Sequence record: DRR723986_19395
Strand: one strand, 5' to 3'
Length of the DNA stretch: 64,000 nt
Made by a program: the position numbers and the translations under genes
Part shown: positions 20,816-28,806 of the stretch, in pieces
Layout of the letters: each line of letters opens with the position of its first letter
How positions within the stretch are numbered: the first letter of the stretch is position 1
The notes under the pieces: model-generated
Told to the model about the DNA's origin: nothing
The model's database searches: none
Seen by the model: the letters and a program-made list of their open reading frames with translations, nothing else

Positions 20816-20820
20816 TTGTT

Positions 20821-20848
20821 GTACAAAGTACCAAGTACAATGTACAAC
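20821..20848 (+). repeat. Left heptamer array, 4 x GTAC(A/C)AN
   Basis: gtacaaa gtaccaa gtacaat gtacaac, starting 5 nt after the sucB stop. Confidence 0.9.
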
Positions 20849-20872
20849 GTGTTGTAGTATAGGTAATTATGT

Positions 20873-20913
20873 TGTTTTAGGTTAAATTGATAGTTGATTT
20901 TTAACCTAAAACA
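20873..20913 (+). promoter_or_regulatory. 14-bp perfect hairpin directly upstream of the four-helix-bundle start codon
   Basis: tgttttaggttaaa (20873-20886) is the exact reverse complement of tttaacctaaaaca (20900-20913). Confidence 0.75.
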
Positions 20914-20920
20914 CAATCCT

Positions 20921-21274
20921 ATGAATCGTTTCAAAGAATTACTTGTTTGGCAAAAAGCCATTGATTTAGCTGTTGAAGTTTACCATATCACAGAGAAATT
21001 ACCTAAAGAAGAACGGTATGGTTTGATAAGCCAGATCAACAGAAGTGTTATTTCGATTCCATCTAATATTGCAGAAGGTGCAGGTAGAAACACAAGTAAA
21101 GAATTTAATAATTTCTTGGGAATAGCCCAGGGATCTTCTTTTGAATTAGATACTCAGTTGATTATTTCTAATCGCCTGAATTTTATTTCGAAAGAAGAAT
21201 ATCAAAAAGTAGAATTAGAGCTTGAGCATATTCAGAATATGATTGCTAAGCTTAAGAAAAGTCTAAATGTTTAA
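20921..21274 (+). CDS. Four helix bundle protein (23S rRNA intervening-sequence protein / TIGR02436-like family)
   Basis: FKELLVWQKA, LPKEERYGLISQINRS..SIPSNIAEGAGR and FLGIAQGSSFELDTQL are family signatures; ATG at 20921. Confidence 0.92.
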   Translation: MNRFKELLVWQKAIDLAVEVYHITEKLPKEERYGLISQINRSVISIPSNIAEGAGRNTSKEFNNFLGIAQGSSFELDTQLIISNRLNFISKEEYQKVELELEHIQNMIAKLKKSLNV

Positions 21275-21278
21275 TTTC

Positions 21279-21313
21279 CGGATACTTGGTACTTTGTACT
21301 AAGTATCTGGTAC
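21279..21313 (-). repeat. Right heptamer array, 5 units, inverted relative to 20821-20848
   Basis: cggatac ttggtac tttgtac taagtat ctggtac; 21283-21299 is the exact reverse complement of 20821-20837. Confidence 0.9.
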
Positions 21314-21325
21314 AAAGACAATAAA

Positions 21326-22723
21326 ATGTACGACGTAATAGTTATAGGTTCTGGTCCAGGTGGATATGTTGCAGCGATTCGCTGTGCGCAGCTTGGGTTG
21401 AAAACCGCCATTGTTGAAAAATACCCAACGCTAGGAGGGACTTGCCTGAATGTGGGTTGTATCCCGTCCAAGGCATTGTTGGATTCCTCTGAGCATTATC
21501 ATAATGCAGCTCACACGTTCGAAACTCACGGCATTAAGTTGAGCAATTTGAAAGTAGATTTGAAGCAAATGATTACCCGTAAGAATGACGTGGTAAAGCA
21601 AAATACAGATGGGATTGATTACTTGATGAAGAAGAACAAAATCGATGTTCATCAAGGAGTTGGCTCTTTCGTAGATAAAACTACTGTGAAAGTGACTAAA
21701 GATGACGGTTCTGCTTCTGACATTCAGGGTAAAAACATCATTATAGCAACCGGTTCTAAACCATCTACTTTGCCTTTCATTAAGATCGACAAAGAAAGAG
21801 TGATCACTTCTACTGAAACTTTGAACTTGAAAGAGATTCCAAAGCATCTAGTAGTAATCGGTGGCGGAGTAATCGGTTTGGAGCTAGGTTCTGTGTATGC
21901 GAGATTGGGAGCGAAAGTTTCCGTGATCGAATTCATGGATTCATTAATTCCTACCATGGATCGCACCATGGGCAAGGAACTTCAGAAGTCCTTGAAGAAA
22001 ATTGGCTTTGAATTTTTCCTGAAGCATAAAGTAACTTCTGTTGAAAGCAAAGGCAAAGAAGTGACTGTGAAAGCTGAGAATGCAAAAGGTGAAACGGTAG
22101 AAGTGAAAGGCGATTATGTCTTGGTTTCAATTGGTAGAAGACCTTACACTGATGGCTTGAATGCTGAAGCTGCAGGTGTGAAAATCACCGACAGAGGTCA
22201 AGTGGAAGTGAATGATCATCTTCAGACTAATGTGCCAAATATCTATGCAATCGGTGATGTGGTGAAAGGCGCTATGCTAGCTCACAAAGCTGAAGAGGAA
22301 GGTGTTTTTGTTGCTGAGACAATTTTGGGTCAAAAGCCACATATCAACTACAACCTGATTCCTGGTGTAGTTTATACTTGGCCGGAAGTAGCTGCAGTTG
22401 GATATACTGAAGAGCAATTGAAGGAAAAAGGCATCAAGTACAAGGCTGGTAAATTCCCTTTCATGGCTTCCGGCCGTGCGAGAGCATCCATGGATACGGA
22501 TGGATTGGTGAAAGTTTTGGCAGATGCTGAGACCGACGAAATCCTAGGTGTGCACATGATTGGTCCAAGAACAGCTGATATGATTGCTGAGGCAGTAGTT
22601 GCTATGGAATATAGAGCGTCTGCTGAGGATATTGCTAGAATGTCTCATGCTCACCCAACTTATACAGAGGCATTCAAAGAAGCTTGTTTGGCTGCTACTG
22701 ATAATAGAGCGCTACATATTTAA
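21326..22723 (+). CDS. lpdA: Dihydrolipoyl dehydrogenase E3
   Basis: GSGPGGY, GGTCLNVGCIPSK, GGGVIGLE and HAHPTYTE motifs. Confidence 0.97.
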   Translation: MYDVIVIGSGPGGYVAAIRCAQLGLKTAIVEKYPTLGGTCLNVGCIPSKALLDSSEHYHNAAHTFETHGIKLSNLKVDLKQMITRKNDVVKQNTDGIDYLMKKNKIDVHQGVGSFVDKTTVKVTKDDGSASDIQGKNIIIATGSKPSTLPFIKIDKERVITSTETLNLKEIPKHLVVIGGGVIGLELGSVYARLGAKVSVIEFMDSLIPTMDRTMGKELQKSLKKIGFEFFLKHKVTSVESKGKEVTVKAENAKGETVEVKGDYVLVSIGRRPYTDGLNAEAAGVKITDRGQVEVNDHLQTNVPNIYAIGDVVKGAMLAHKAEEEGVFVAETILGQKPHINYNLIPGVVYTWPEVAAVGYTEEQLKEKGIKYKAGKFPFMASGRARASMDTDGLVKVLADAETDEILGVHMIGPRTADMIAEAVVAMEYRASAEDIARMSHAHPTYTEAFKEACLAATDNRALHI

Positions 22724-22747
22724 TAAAATTAGTACCCTTGCTGATTT

Positions 22748-22783
22748 AAGCCATTCGGAGAGATTCGAGTGGCTTTTTCTTTT
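22748..22783 (+). terminator. Terminator of the sucAB-lpdA operon
   Basis: aagccattcg...cgagtggctt followed by a T run. Confidence 0.7.
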
Positions 22784-22808
22784 TGAGGAAAAATGAGTTA
22801 TTTCCATC

Positions 22809-23582
22809 ATGAAGTTCAAAATTGCAATTATTGGAGCGGGAAACGTGGCCTGGCATTTGGCTCCAGCTCTGGAAGATGCCGGACATGTTATCACAGAGGT
22901 TTATGCGCGCACGATAAAAAGTGCCGAAAATATCACTGGTCGTGTTTATGCCGGAGAGTCTAAGGATGATCTTGATTTTTCGGCTAGCGAAGCAGAGATT
23001 TTCATTTTGGCAGTCAAAGATTCTGCGATACTTGAAGTTGCAGATGAGATAATTTTACCGGAAGATTCTATTCTGGTTCATACTTCTGGATCTGTAGGCT
23101 TAGATATTTTGAATTATAGCTCAGCCAGCTACACAGGAATATTTTATCCCTTGCAATCCTTTACTAAGGGGAGAAAAATTGAATTTGATGAAGTTCCTTT
23201 TTTGCTGGAGTCTGATGATGAAGAGACCTTACAAAAACTCAAAAAGCTAGCTAAAAGCTTATCCCCTCTGATTTATACTGTGAGATCAAAGGATAGGAAA
23301 GCGATGCATATTGCAGCTGTTTTTGCGAGCAACTTTTCCAATCATATGATTAGAATAGCGGAGGAGGTAATGCACCGGCAAGGGTTGGATTTCGAAATGC
23401 TTAAACCGCTGATAATCGAAACTATTTCAAAAAGTCTTCAAATGGGAGCTAAGGCTGCTCAAACTGGCCCTGCAATTCGGGAGGATTATGAAACCCTGGA
23501 AGACCATCATCGCTTTTTGAATTACAACGAATCAATAGCAGAAATCTACAGATTAGTCTCCCAGGATATTATTGATAGCTAA
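22809..23582 (+). CDS. Rossmann-fold plus DUF2520 oxidoreductase
   Basis: IIGAGNVA, HTSGS, YPLQSF, HIAAVFASNF and QTGPA.R.D motifs. Confidence 0.88.
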   Translation: MKFKIAIIGAGNVAWHLAPALEDAGHVITEVYARTIKSAENITGRVYAGESKDDLDFSASEAEIFILAVKDSAILEVADEIILPEDSILVHTSGSVGLDILNYSSASYTGIFYPLQSFTKGRKIEFDEVPFLLESDDEETLQKLKKLAKSLSPLIYTVRSKDRKAMHIAAVFASNFSNHMIRIAEEVMHRQGLDFEMLKPLIIETISKSLQMGAKAAQTGPAIREDYETLEDHHRFLNYNESIAEIYRLVSQDIIDS

Positions 23583-24437
23583 TTAATGGTTCCAAGTTCC
23601 GAATTTCCCGGCTTGGTAATCAGCATAGGCTTCTTGGATTTGCTTGGTGGTGTTCATTACAAATGGACCTTGAGCAACCATCGGCTCATTGAAAGGGGCT
23701 GCATGGCCTAAAATCAAAATGGCTTCTTCGCTAGCTTCTACTGATATTGATCCATCTTGATTTTCAAATTCTACCAAGTTTCTGAAATTGACTTCTTCGC
23801 CATTTACAATGAGTGTACCGCTAACGAGGTAGAAGAATATATTCTCTTCAGCAGAAATTGACTTCTCGAATTCCCCTCCTTTTCCCAAATAAATAGTACT
23901 CATCGTGATTGGGAAGTTTCCCTCAAAAGCACCTTCAGTTCCTTCCCATTCTCCGAACAACTGCTGGACCTTTACTTTGCCTCCATCCAATTCGAAAGTT
24001 GGGATTTCTTCTTTTTGCAGGCCGAAATAACTCGGTTTCATCATCTTTTTATCCGCAGGAAGATTCAGCCAAAGCTGTAAAATTTCAAGGTCTCCACCTT
24101 TTTTCTTGAATTCATCGCTACTGACCTCAGCATGTATCAGCCCGCTACCAGCGGTCATGTATTGAACCCCTCCTGGTCCGATGACAGATTCATGTCCGGA
24201 TGAATCTTTGTGCATGATATCTCCCGCTAGTATAAAAGTTACAGTCTCCATTCCCCGATGCGGGTGCGGACCAAAAGGCAAGCCTTCATTGTTGGATGGA
24301 TAAGTTTGAAAACCGTGATGGTTTAGAAAAATAAATGGGTCTAAATGATCCAAAGATCTGGTAGGCATAGGACTATATGTCACCAAATCCGCTATAGGTC
24401 GGTATTCTGCTTTATGTATTTTTTTAATTGCTCTCAT
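23583..24437 (-). CDS. Pirin family protein
   Basis: DPF, HPHRGMETVT, MTAGSGLIHAE, QLWLNLP and GPFVMNT motifs. Confidence 0.93.
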   Translation of the reverse strand: MRAIKKIHKAEYRPIADLVTYSPMPTRSLDHLDPFIFLNHHGFQTYPSNNEGLPFGPHPHRGMETVTFILAGDIMHKDSSGHESVIGPGGVQYMTAGSGLIHAEVSSDEFKKKGGDLEILQLWLNLPADKKMMKPSYFGLQKEEIPTFELDGGKVKVQQLFGEWEGTEGAFEGNFPITMSTIYLGKGGEFEKSISAEENIFFYLVSGTLIVNGEEVNFRNLVEFENQDGSISVEASEEAILILGHAAPFNEPMVAQGPFVMNTTKQIQEAYADYQAGKFGTWNH

Positions 24438-24443
24438 GATATT

Positions 24444-24470
24444 TCAATTAATGTATATACATGTAATTGA
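24444..24470. promoter_or_regulatory. Palindromic operator candidate upstream of pirin
   Basis: tcaatta-atgtatatacat-g-taattga is a perfect dyad apart from one extra base. Confidence 0.6.
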
Positions 24471-24502
24471 TTTCAAGTCAATTTGGTTTGCCTAAATTCA
24501 AC

Positions 24503-26041
24503 TTATTTTGGAATATCCTTGAGTCTAAGCTCGAACAAGTCTGTTCGACGATCCTTGCGATTTCTCACGCTTCCAAATTGCTCTAACTCCCGCAACAAGG
24601 ATAGATCAACATCTGCAATCAGTGTCATTTCGCTATTTGGAGTGGCTTCAGCCTTGATGCCATTACTAGGGAATGCGAAATCACAAGGTGTAATGACCAT
24701 AGACTGTGCGTATTGCATATCCATATTGTGAACCTTTGGCAAGTTGCCCACACTTCCTGCCATGGCTACGTAGCATTCATTTTCTATCGCTCTTGCCATT
24801 GCACAATTGCGGACTCTGGAATAGCCATTCTGGGTATCTGTCAAGAATGGGATGAAAAGAATATCCATTCCTTCATCAGCTAGAATTCTGCTTAGTTCCG
24901 GGAATTCTGCATCGTAGCAGATCAAGATTCCGATTTTTCCACAGTCAGTATCAAAAGCTTTCAGTTGCGTTCCGCCTTGCATGCCCCATACTTTAGCTTC
25001 CAAGGGTGAAATATGCAGCTTCTCATACATTTCAACGGATCCATCACGTTTGCAGAGGTAGCCTACATTGTACAGCTTATCATTTTTTATTTTCGGCATA
25101 GAGCCAGTGATGATATTGATATTATAGGACACAGATAGCTGCGCAAAACGCTTCACGATCTCATCAGTATATTTTGCTAATCCACGAACAGCCTGTGCTT
25201 CACTTAAGTGATTGAATTCTGCCATCAACGGAGCATTAAATAGCTCAGGGAAAAGCGCGAAATCTGAGCGATAACCAGATACTGCATCGATGAAGTACTC
25301 TGCTTGCTGCATCAACTCATCCAAATTGTCATACAACCGCATCTGCCATTGAATCAGGCCAAGACGAACAATAGTCTTATTTGTGGAGGCTTTTTTATTT
25401 GGCTTTTCGTAGAAAATATTATTCCATTCCAGCAAGACTGCAAACTCACTTGATGCAGCATCACCTTCCAAATAGTTCTTCATAATCCGCGCTGGATGGA
25501 AGTCATTTGCCAATTGGAAATTCAAAACCGGATCATAAATCTCCTTAAGTTTTACTTTTTCCAAATATTCCTTTGGTCCCATTTTATCCGCATACTTGTG
25601 ATAATTTGGGATTCTTCCACCAAATACGATTCCTTTCAGGTTCAGTTTCTCGCAGAGTTCTTTTCTATAGTCATATAATCTTCTTCCAAGTCTCAATCCG
25701 CGAAATTCGGGTTTGATGAAGACGTCAATACCATACAACATATCTCCTGCATTGTTATGGTTGTCGAAGGTGAAGTCAGTCGTAATATCTTTGTATGTAT
25801 GCTCACCTTCCAGATCAGCGTCGCTCACAATAATCGAAAGCGCACAGCCAGCTAGTTTGTCGTTGATGCGAATGACTACCTGACCTTCAGGAAACTTGGT
25901 GATCAAACTTTCAATTTGACTTTCCTTCCAATACGAACCAGGCATACTTCTGTATGCTTCGATCATTGCCGATTTGAGATCTGCGTAATCAGAAGGTTGT
26001 AGGTAGGATAATGATATGTTTTCTACTTGCGTATTGTCCAT
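24503..26041 (-). CDS. Bifunctional GNAT acetyltransferase / carbon-nitrogen hydrolase
   Basis: N-terminal PEFRGLRLGRRLY acetyl-CoA motif; C-terminal FPE, YEKLH and ICYDAEFPE nitrilase triad. Confidence 0.92.
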   Translation of the reverse strand: MDNTQVENISLSYLQPSDYADLKSAMIEAYRSMPGSYWKESQIESLITKFPEGQVVIRINDKLAGCALSIIVSDADLEGEHTYKDITTDFTFDNHNNAGDMLYGIDVFIKPEFRGLRLGRRLYDYRKELCEKLNLKGIVFGGRIPNYHKYADKMGPKEYLEKVKLKEIYDPVLNFQLANDFHPARIMKNYLEGDAASSEFAVLLEWNNIFYEKPNKKASTNKTIVRLGLIQWQMRLYDNLDELMQQAEYFIDAVSGYRSDFALFPELFNAPLMAEFNHLSEAQAVRGLAKYTDEIVKRFAQLSVSYNINIITGSMPKIKNDKLYNVGYLCKRDGSVEMYEKLHISPLEAKVWGMQGGTQLKAFDTDCGKIGILICYDAEFPELSRILADEGMDILFIPFLTDTQNGYSRVRNCAMARAIENECYVAMAGSVGNLPKVHNMDMQYAQSMVITPCDFAFPSNGIKAEATPNSEMTLIADVDLSLLRELEQFGSVRNRKDRRTDLFELRLKDIPK

Positions 26042-26087
26042 GTTAAGTTACTGAATGTGGATTTTAGGCTGCTAACTGGGTGCGATA

Positions 26088-27392
26088 TTAGTCTAATTCT
26101 TTGTCAATTCTAAGAATGGTCTGAAGTAAGACATTCGCTCCATTTGCAATGTCCTCTGGAGATGAATATTCCTGCGGGGAATGGCTGATTCCATTTTTAC
26201 TTGGGATAAAAATCATCCCAATAGGACCAATTCTGGCCATTTCCTGCGCATCGTGGCCGGCACCACTTGGTAAATACATCGTGCTCAGACCAAGTGTGGA
26301 GGCAGAACTTTCAATTGCTTTTTGAATAACGGGATTGGCAATTGCTGGCTCGCTAGCCACTTCTTGGTGTACAATCTGGAGCTCGGTACCATTTTCCTCA
26401 ACAAATGTCTTCGCTTTGCTCTCAAGTTCTGAATAAATTTTCCAGATTTTTTCAGAAGAAAGGTCTCGCAACTCCAAATTCAGAGTTACTTCACCTGGGA
26501 TTACATTTCCAGCACCTGGGAAAGCTTCTATTTTCCCTACGGTTCCCACCTGAGCTCCAGCGTATGAATTGACTGTTTCATTCACTGCCAAAATAAATTT
26601 AGCAGCAGGAAGCATAGGGTCTTTTCTCATGTTCATTGGAGTGGTTCCAGCGTGGTTTGCCGTCCCTTTAAAAGTGAATTGCCACCATTCTATGGCGACA
26701 ATTCCTTCAACTACTCCAATCTGCTTTTGGTTTTTTTCAAGGTTTCCACCTTGCTCGATGTGAAGCTCTAGGAAAGCAGCTATATCGCCCTTTTCTCTCT
26801 TTACTTCCATTATCCGATCTGGATTTCCTCCTACTGCTCTGATTCCTTCGGATTGAGTCAGTCCACTACTACTTTTTGTTGTCAAGGCTGCTGCAGAAAG
26901 TTGTCCAGCAATAGCGCGACTGCCAACTACTCCGCCTTCTTCATTGGTGAAAAGAATGAGCTCTAAAGGATGCAGTGTAGTGACGTTGTTTTCGATTAAT
27001 GTTTGCATTACTTCAATAGCTCCCATGGATCCCACTGGTCCATCGTAATCTCCACCGTTTGGGACTTCATCTATATGAGATCCGAAAGCTATGGGCTTTA
27101 ATTTAGGATTACTTCCAGTCTTTTTTGCGATAACGTTGCCTGCAAAATCAATCGATACTTCCAGGCCAAGCTTTTCTAATTTTCCCAATAAAAACTTACG
27201 AGCTGCGATATCATGGGTGCTGTAGGCAACTCGATCAGATCCGCCAGCATCATTTTTCCCATAAGTAGAAAGTTCATGGATTAGGCCTGTAAGTCGTTCT
27301 TGGTTAACTTGAATAGTCTGAGAGTAGACGTCTGCGCCAAAAAAAACTGTAAGAAGGCAAATGGAAAAGAGCTTAATAAAAATATGTTTCAT
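26088..27392 (-). CDS. M20-family Zn-dependent amidohydrolase (N-carbamoyl-amino acid/allantoate hydrolase-like), exported
   Basis: GSHID, DG..G, NEEG, ELHIEQG, NHAGTTPM, SGAGHDA and GISHSP motifs; signal peptide. Confidence 0.9.
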   Translation of the reverse strand: MKHIFIKLFSICLLTVFFGADVYSQTIQVNQERLTGLIHELSTYGKNDAGGSDRVAYSTHDIAARKFLLGKLEKLGLEVSIDFAGNVIAKKTGSNPKLKPIAFGSHIDEVPNGGDYDGPVGSMGAIEVMQTLIENNVTTLHPLELILFTNEEGGVVGSRAIAGQLSAAALTTKSSSGLTQSEGIRAVGGNPDRIMEVKREKGDIAAFLELHIEQGGNLEKNQKQIGVVEGIVAIEWWQFTFKGTANHAGTTPMNMRKDPMLPAAKFILAVNETVNSYAGAQVGTVGKIEAFPGAGNVIPGEVTLNLELRDLSSEKIWKIYSELESKAKTFVEENGTELQIVHQEVASEPAIANPVIQKAIESSASTLGLSTMYLPSGAGHDAQEMARIGPIGMIFIPSKNGISHSPQEYSSPEDIANGANVLLQTILRIDKELD

Positions 27393-27436
27393 AAGGTAGA
27401 ATCTAGTACGATAAGATAATTATAGTAGATGCAAAC

Positions 27437-27469
27437 AAAAAATCCCTTCCAGTATGGAAAGGATTTTTT
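27437..27469 (-). terminator. Terminator after the desaturase gene
   Basis: aaaaaatcccttcc-agtat-ggaaaggatttttt. Confidence 0.7.
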
Positions 27470-27484
27470 AGGAGAATTTATTGA

Positions 27485-28486
27485 TTATTTAAGCCATGCT
27501 AATTTTACTTCCTCAGGAGCTTTCATCCTGTCTGCTAACCTCATGTATCTATCAGATAGCTTTACAAGGTAATCTTGAGCTTTTGATGCCACATCGTTAA
27601 GGCCTGTGAGACTTTCGATTTTCCAGAGTTGAACCAAATGGTCAATTATTCTAGCATAATCCCATCCAGTATATATCCCGACTTTCTGTGTAATAGCTGA
27701 GAATTGGGTGAATAGAGAAGGGTTTGAGCCACCTTCGCCCATTAATACGGCAGGCATAACAATCTGCTTTCTCATTAGTTTTTCGAAAGCGATAATTGCT
27801 CCATTTGGATCTATTTCAAAAATGGCTGACATAAAGCTCTTGTAAGCTTTTTCATGTCTTGCTTCATCACCCGCAATTTGCTTACAGATTCTGCCTAGGA
27901 CTGGATCTCCCGCGATATCAGCAAGTTTGCCAGTATTTACGTGAGAAACCTTGGTAGCTCTTTCCTGAAAGGATGTATATACTATTGCCTGATAAGGATC
28001 TCCTCCAGTATTGGCATCAAAACCATTCATAAGAAGCCTGTGGATAGTTTGCTCTACGGCTTTCATATCCACCCTTCCTGTGATGTAAAGGTATTTATTG
28101 AGCAGGTCGCCGTGGCGGTTTTCTTCGGCCGTCCAAGACTTACTCCATCTCACCCATCCGGATGGCGACAGAAGTGAACGTTCTGGATTAATGCCTTCAA
28201 GTAAATTGAAATAGGTCTGATAACTTGGAAGGGCTTCCTCTGTAATCATATTACCTACGAGTGAGGTCAAAACTGTATCTGGTATTCCCTCAGATCTTTG
28301 CTGAAGTAATTTCACCTGATCATGTATGTCGGGATCGCTAAAGTCAGGTAGAAAATCTGAAGGTTGCCAACACTTGTCTGGGTCAACCAGAATATTATCC
28401 ACCGCTTCACTAACGAGACCATCCAATTGGGATATGACCTCTATATTCTTTTCTAGTTCGTAATCTATTTCTCCTGATTTCATCAT
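27485..28486 (-). CDS. Soluble acyl-ACP desaturase (di-iron, plant/mycobacterial DesA type)
   Basis: WQPSDFLP, TEEALPSY, WTAEENRHGDLL, YTSFQERAT and DEARHE motifs. Confidence 0.92.
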   Translation of the reverse strand: MMKSGEIDYELEKNIEVISQLDGLVSEAVDNILVDPDKCWQPSDFLPDFSDPDIHDQVKLLQQRSEGIPDTVLTSLVGNMITEEALPSYQTYFNLLEGINPERSLLSPSGWVRWSKSWTAEENRHGDLLNKYLYITGRVDMKAVEQTIHRLLMNGFDANTGGDPYQAIVYTSFQERATKVSHVNTGKLADIAGDPVLGRICKQIAGDEARHEKAYKSFMSAIFEIDPNGAIIAFEKLMRKQIVMPAVLMGEGGSNPSLFTQFSAITQKVGIYTGWDYARIIDHLVQLWKIESLTGLNDVASKAQDYLVKLSDRYMRLADRMKAPEEVKLAWLK

Positions 28487-28538
28487 GGATAAATTTAAGC
28501 CCGAATTATAATTGATTCGGTACGGATTTGAATTAGGA

Positions 28539-28546
28539 CAAATTTA
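28539..28546 (-). promoter_or_regulatory. -7 promoter box (TAAATTTG) of the desaturase gene
   Basis: caaattta on + reads TAAATTTG on -, about 50 nt before the start. Confidence 0.5.
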
Positions 28547-28758
28547 CTCACAAATGGACAAATTACAGATAGAAAGTACCTATCAATGATTTGTCTTTCT
28601 GTAAGTAGCCAGCTTACAGATATTTAACTATTCAAAACATGATAAAATTCATAAAATATGGCATGTTTTGCTTTTCTGCACTCCAAAAAGGGTGAGATTC
28701 TCTTGAATGCATGTTTATTAATATAAGGAAAATTTTCACCTTCTCGTTCACCTAACTT

Positions 28759-28784
28759 AAAAAAGCCTCCAAGGGGAGGCTTTT
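28759..28784 (-). terminator. Intrinsic terminator
   Basis: aaaaaagcctcc-aagg-ggaggctttt. Confidence 0.75.
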
Positions 28785-28806
28785 AACTCTAATGCGAAAA
28801 GATGGA

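Noticed and set aside
20860-20887. dif-like site (TTAGGTTAAAT resembles the XerD arm)
   Set aside because: There is no XerC-like arm at the 6-bp spacing, and the sequence is explained as one arm of the 14-bp hairpin.
20921-21274. 23S rRNA intervening sequence or DGR locus
   Set aside because: There is no rRNA sequence, reverse transcriptase or TR/VR pair in the window.
20821-21313. CRISPR array or classical IS element
   Set aside because: The repeats are 7-mers without spacers, and the enclosed gene has no transposase motifs. I also saw no target-site duplication.
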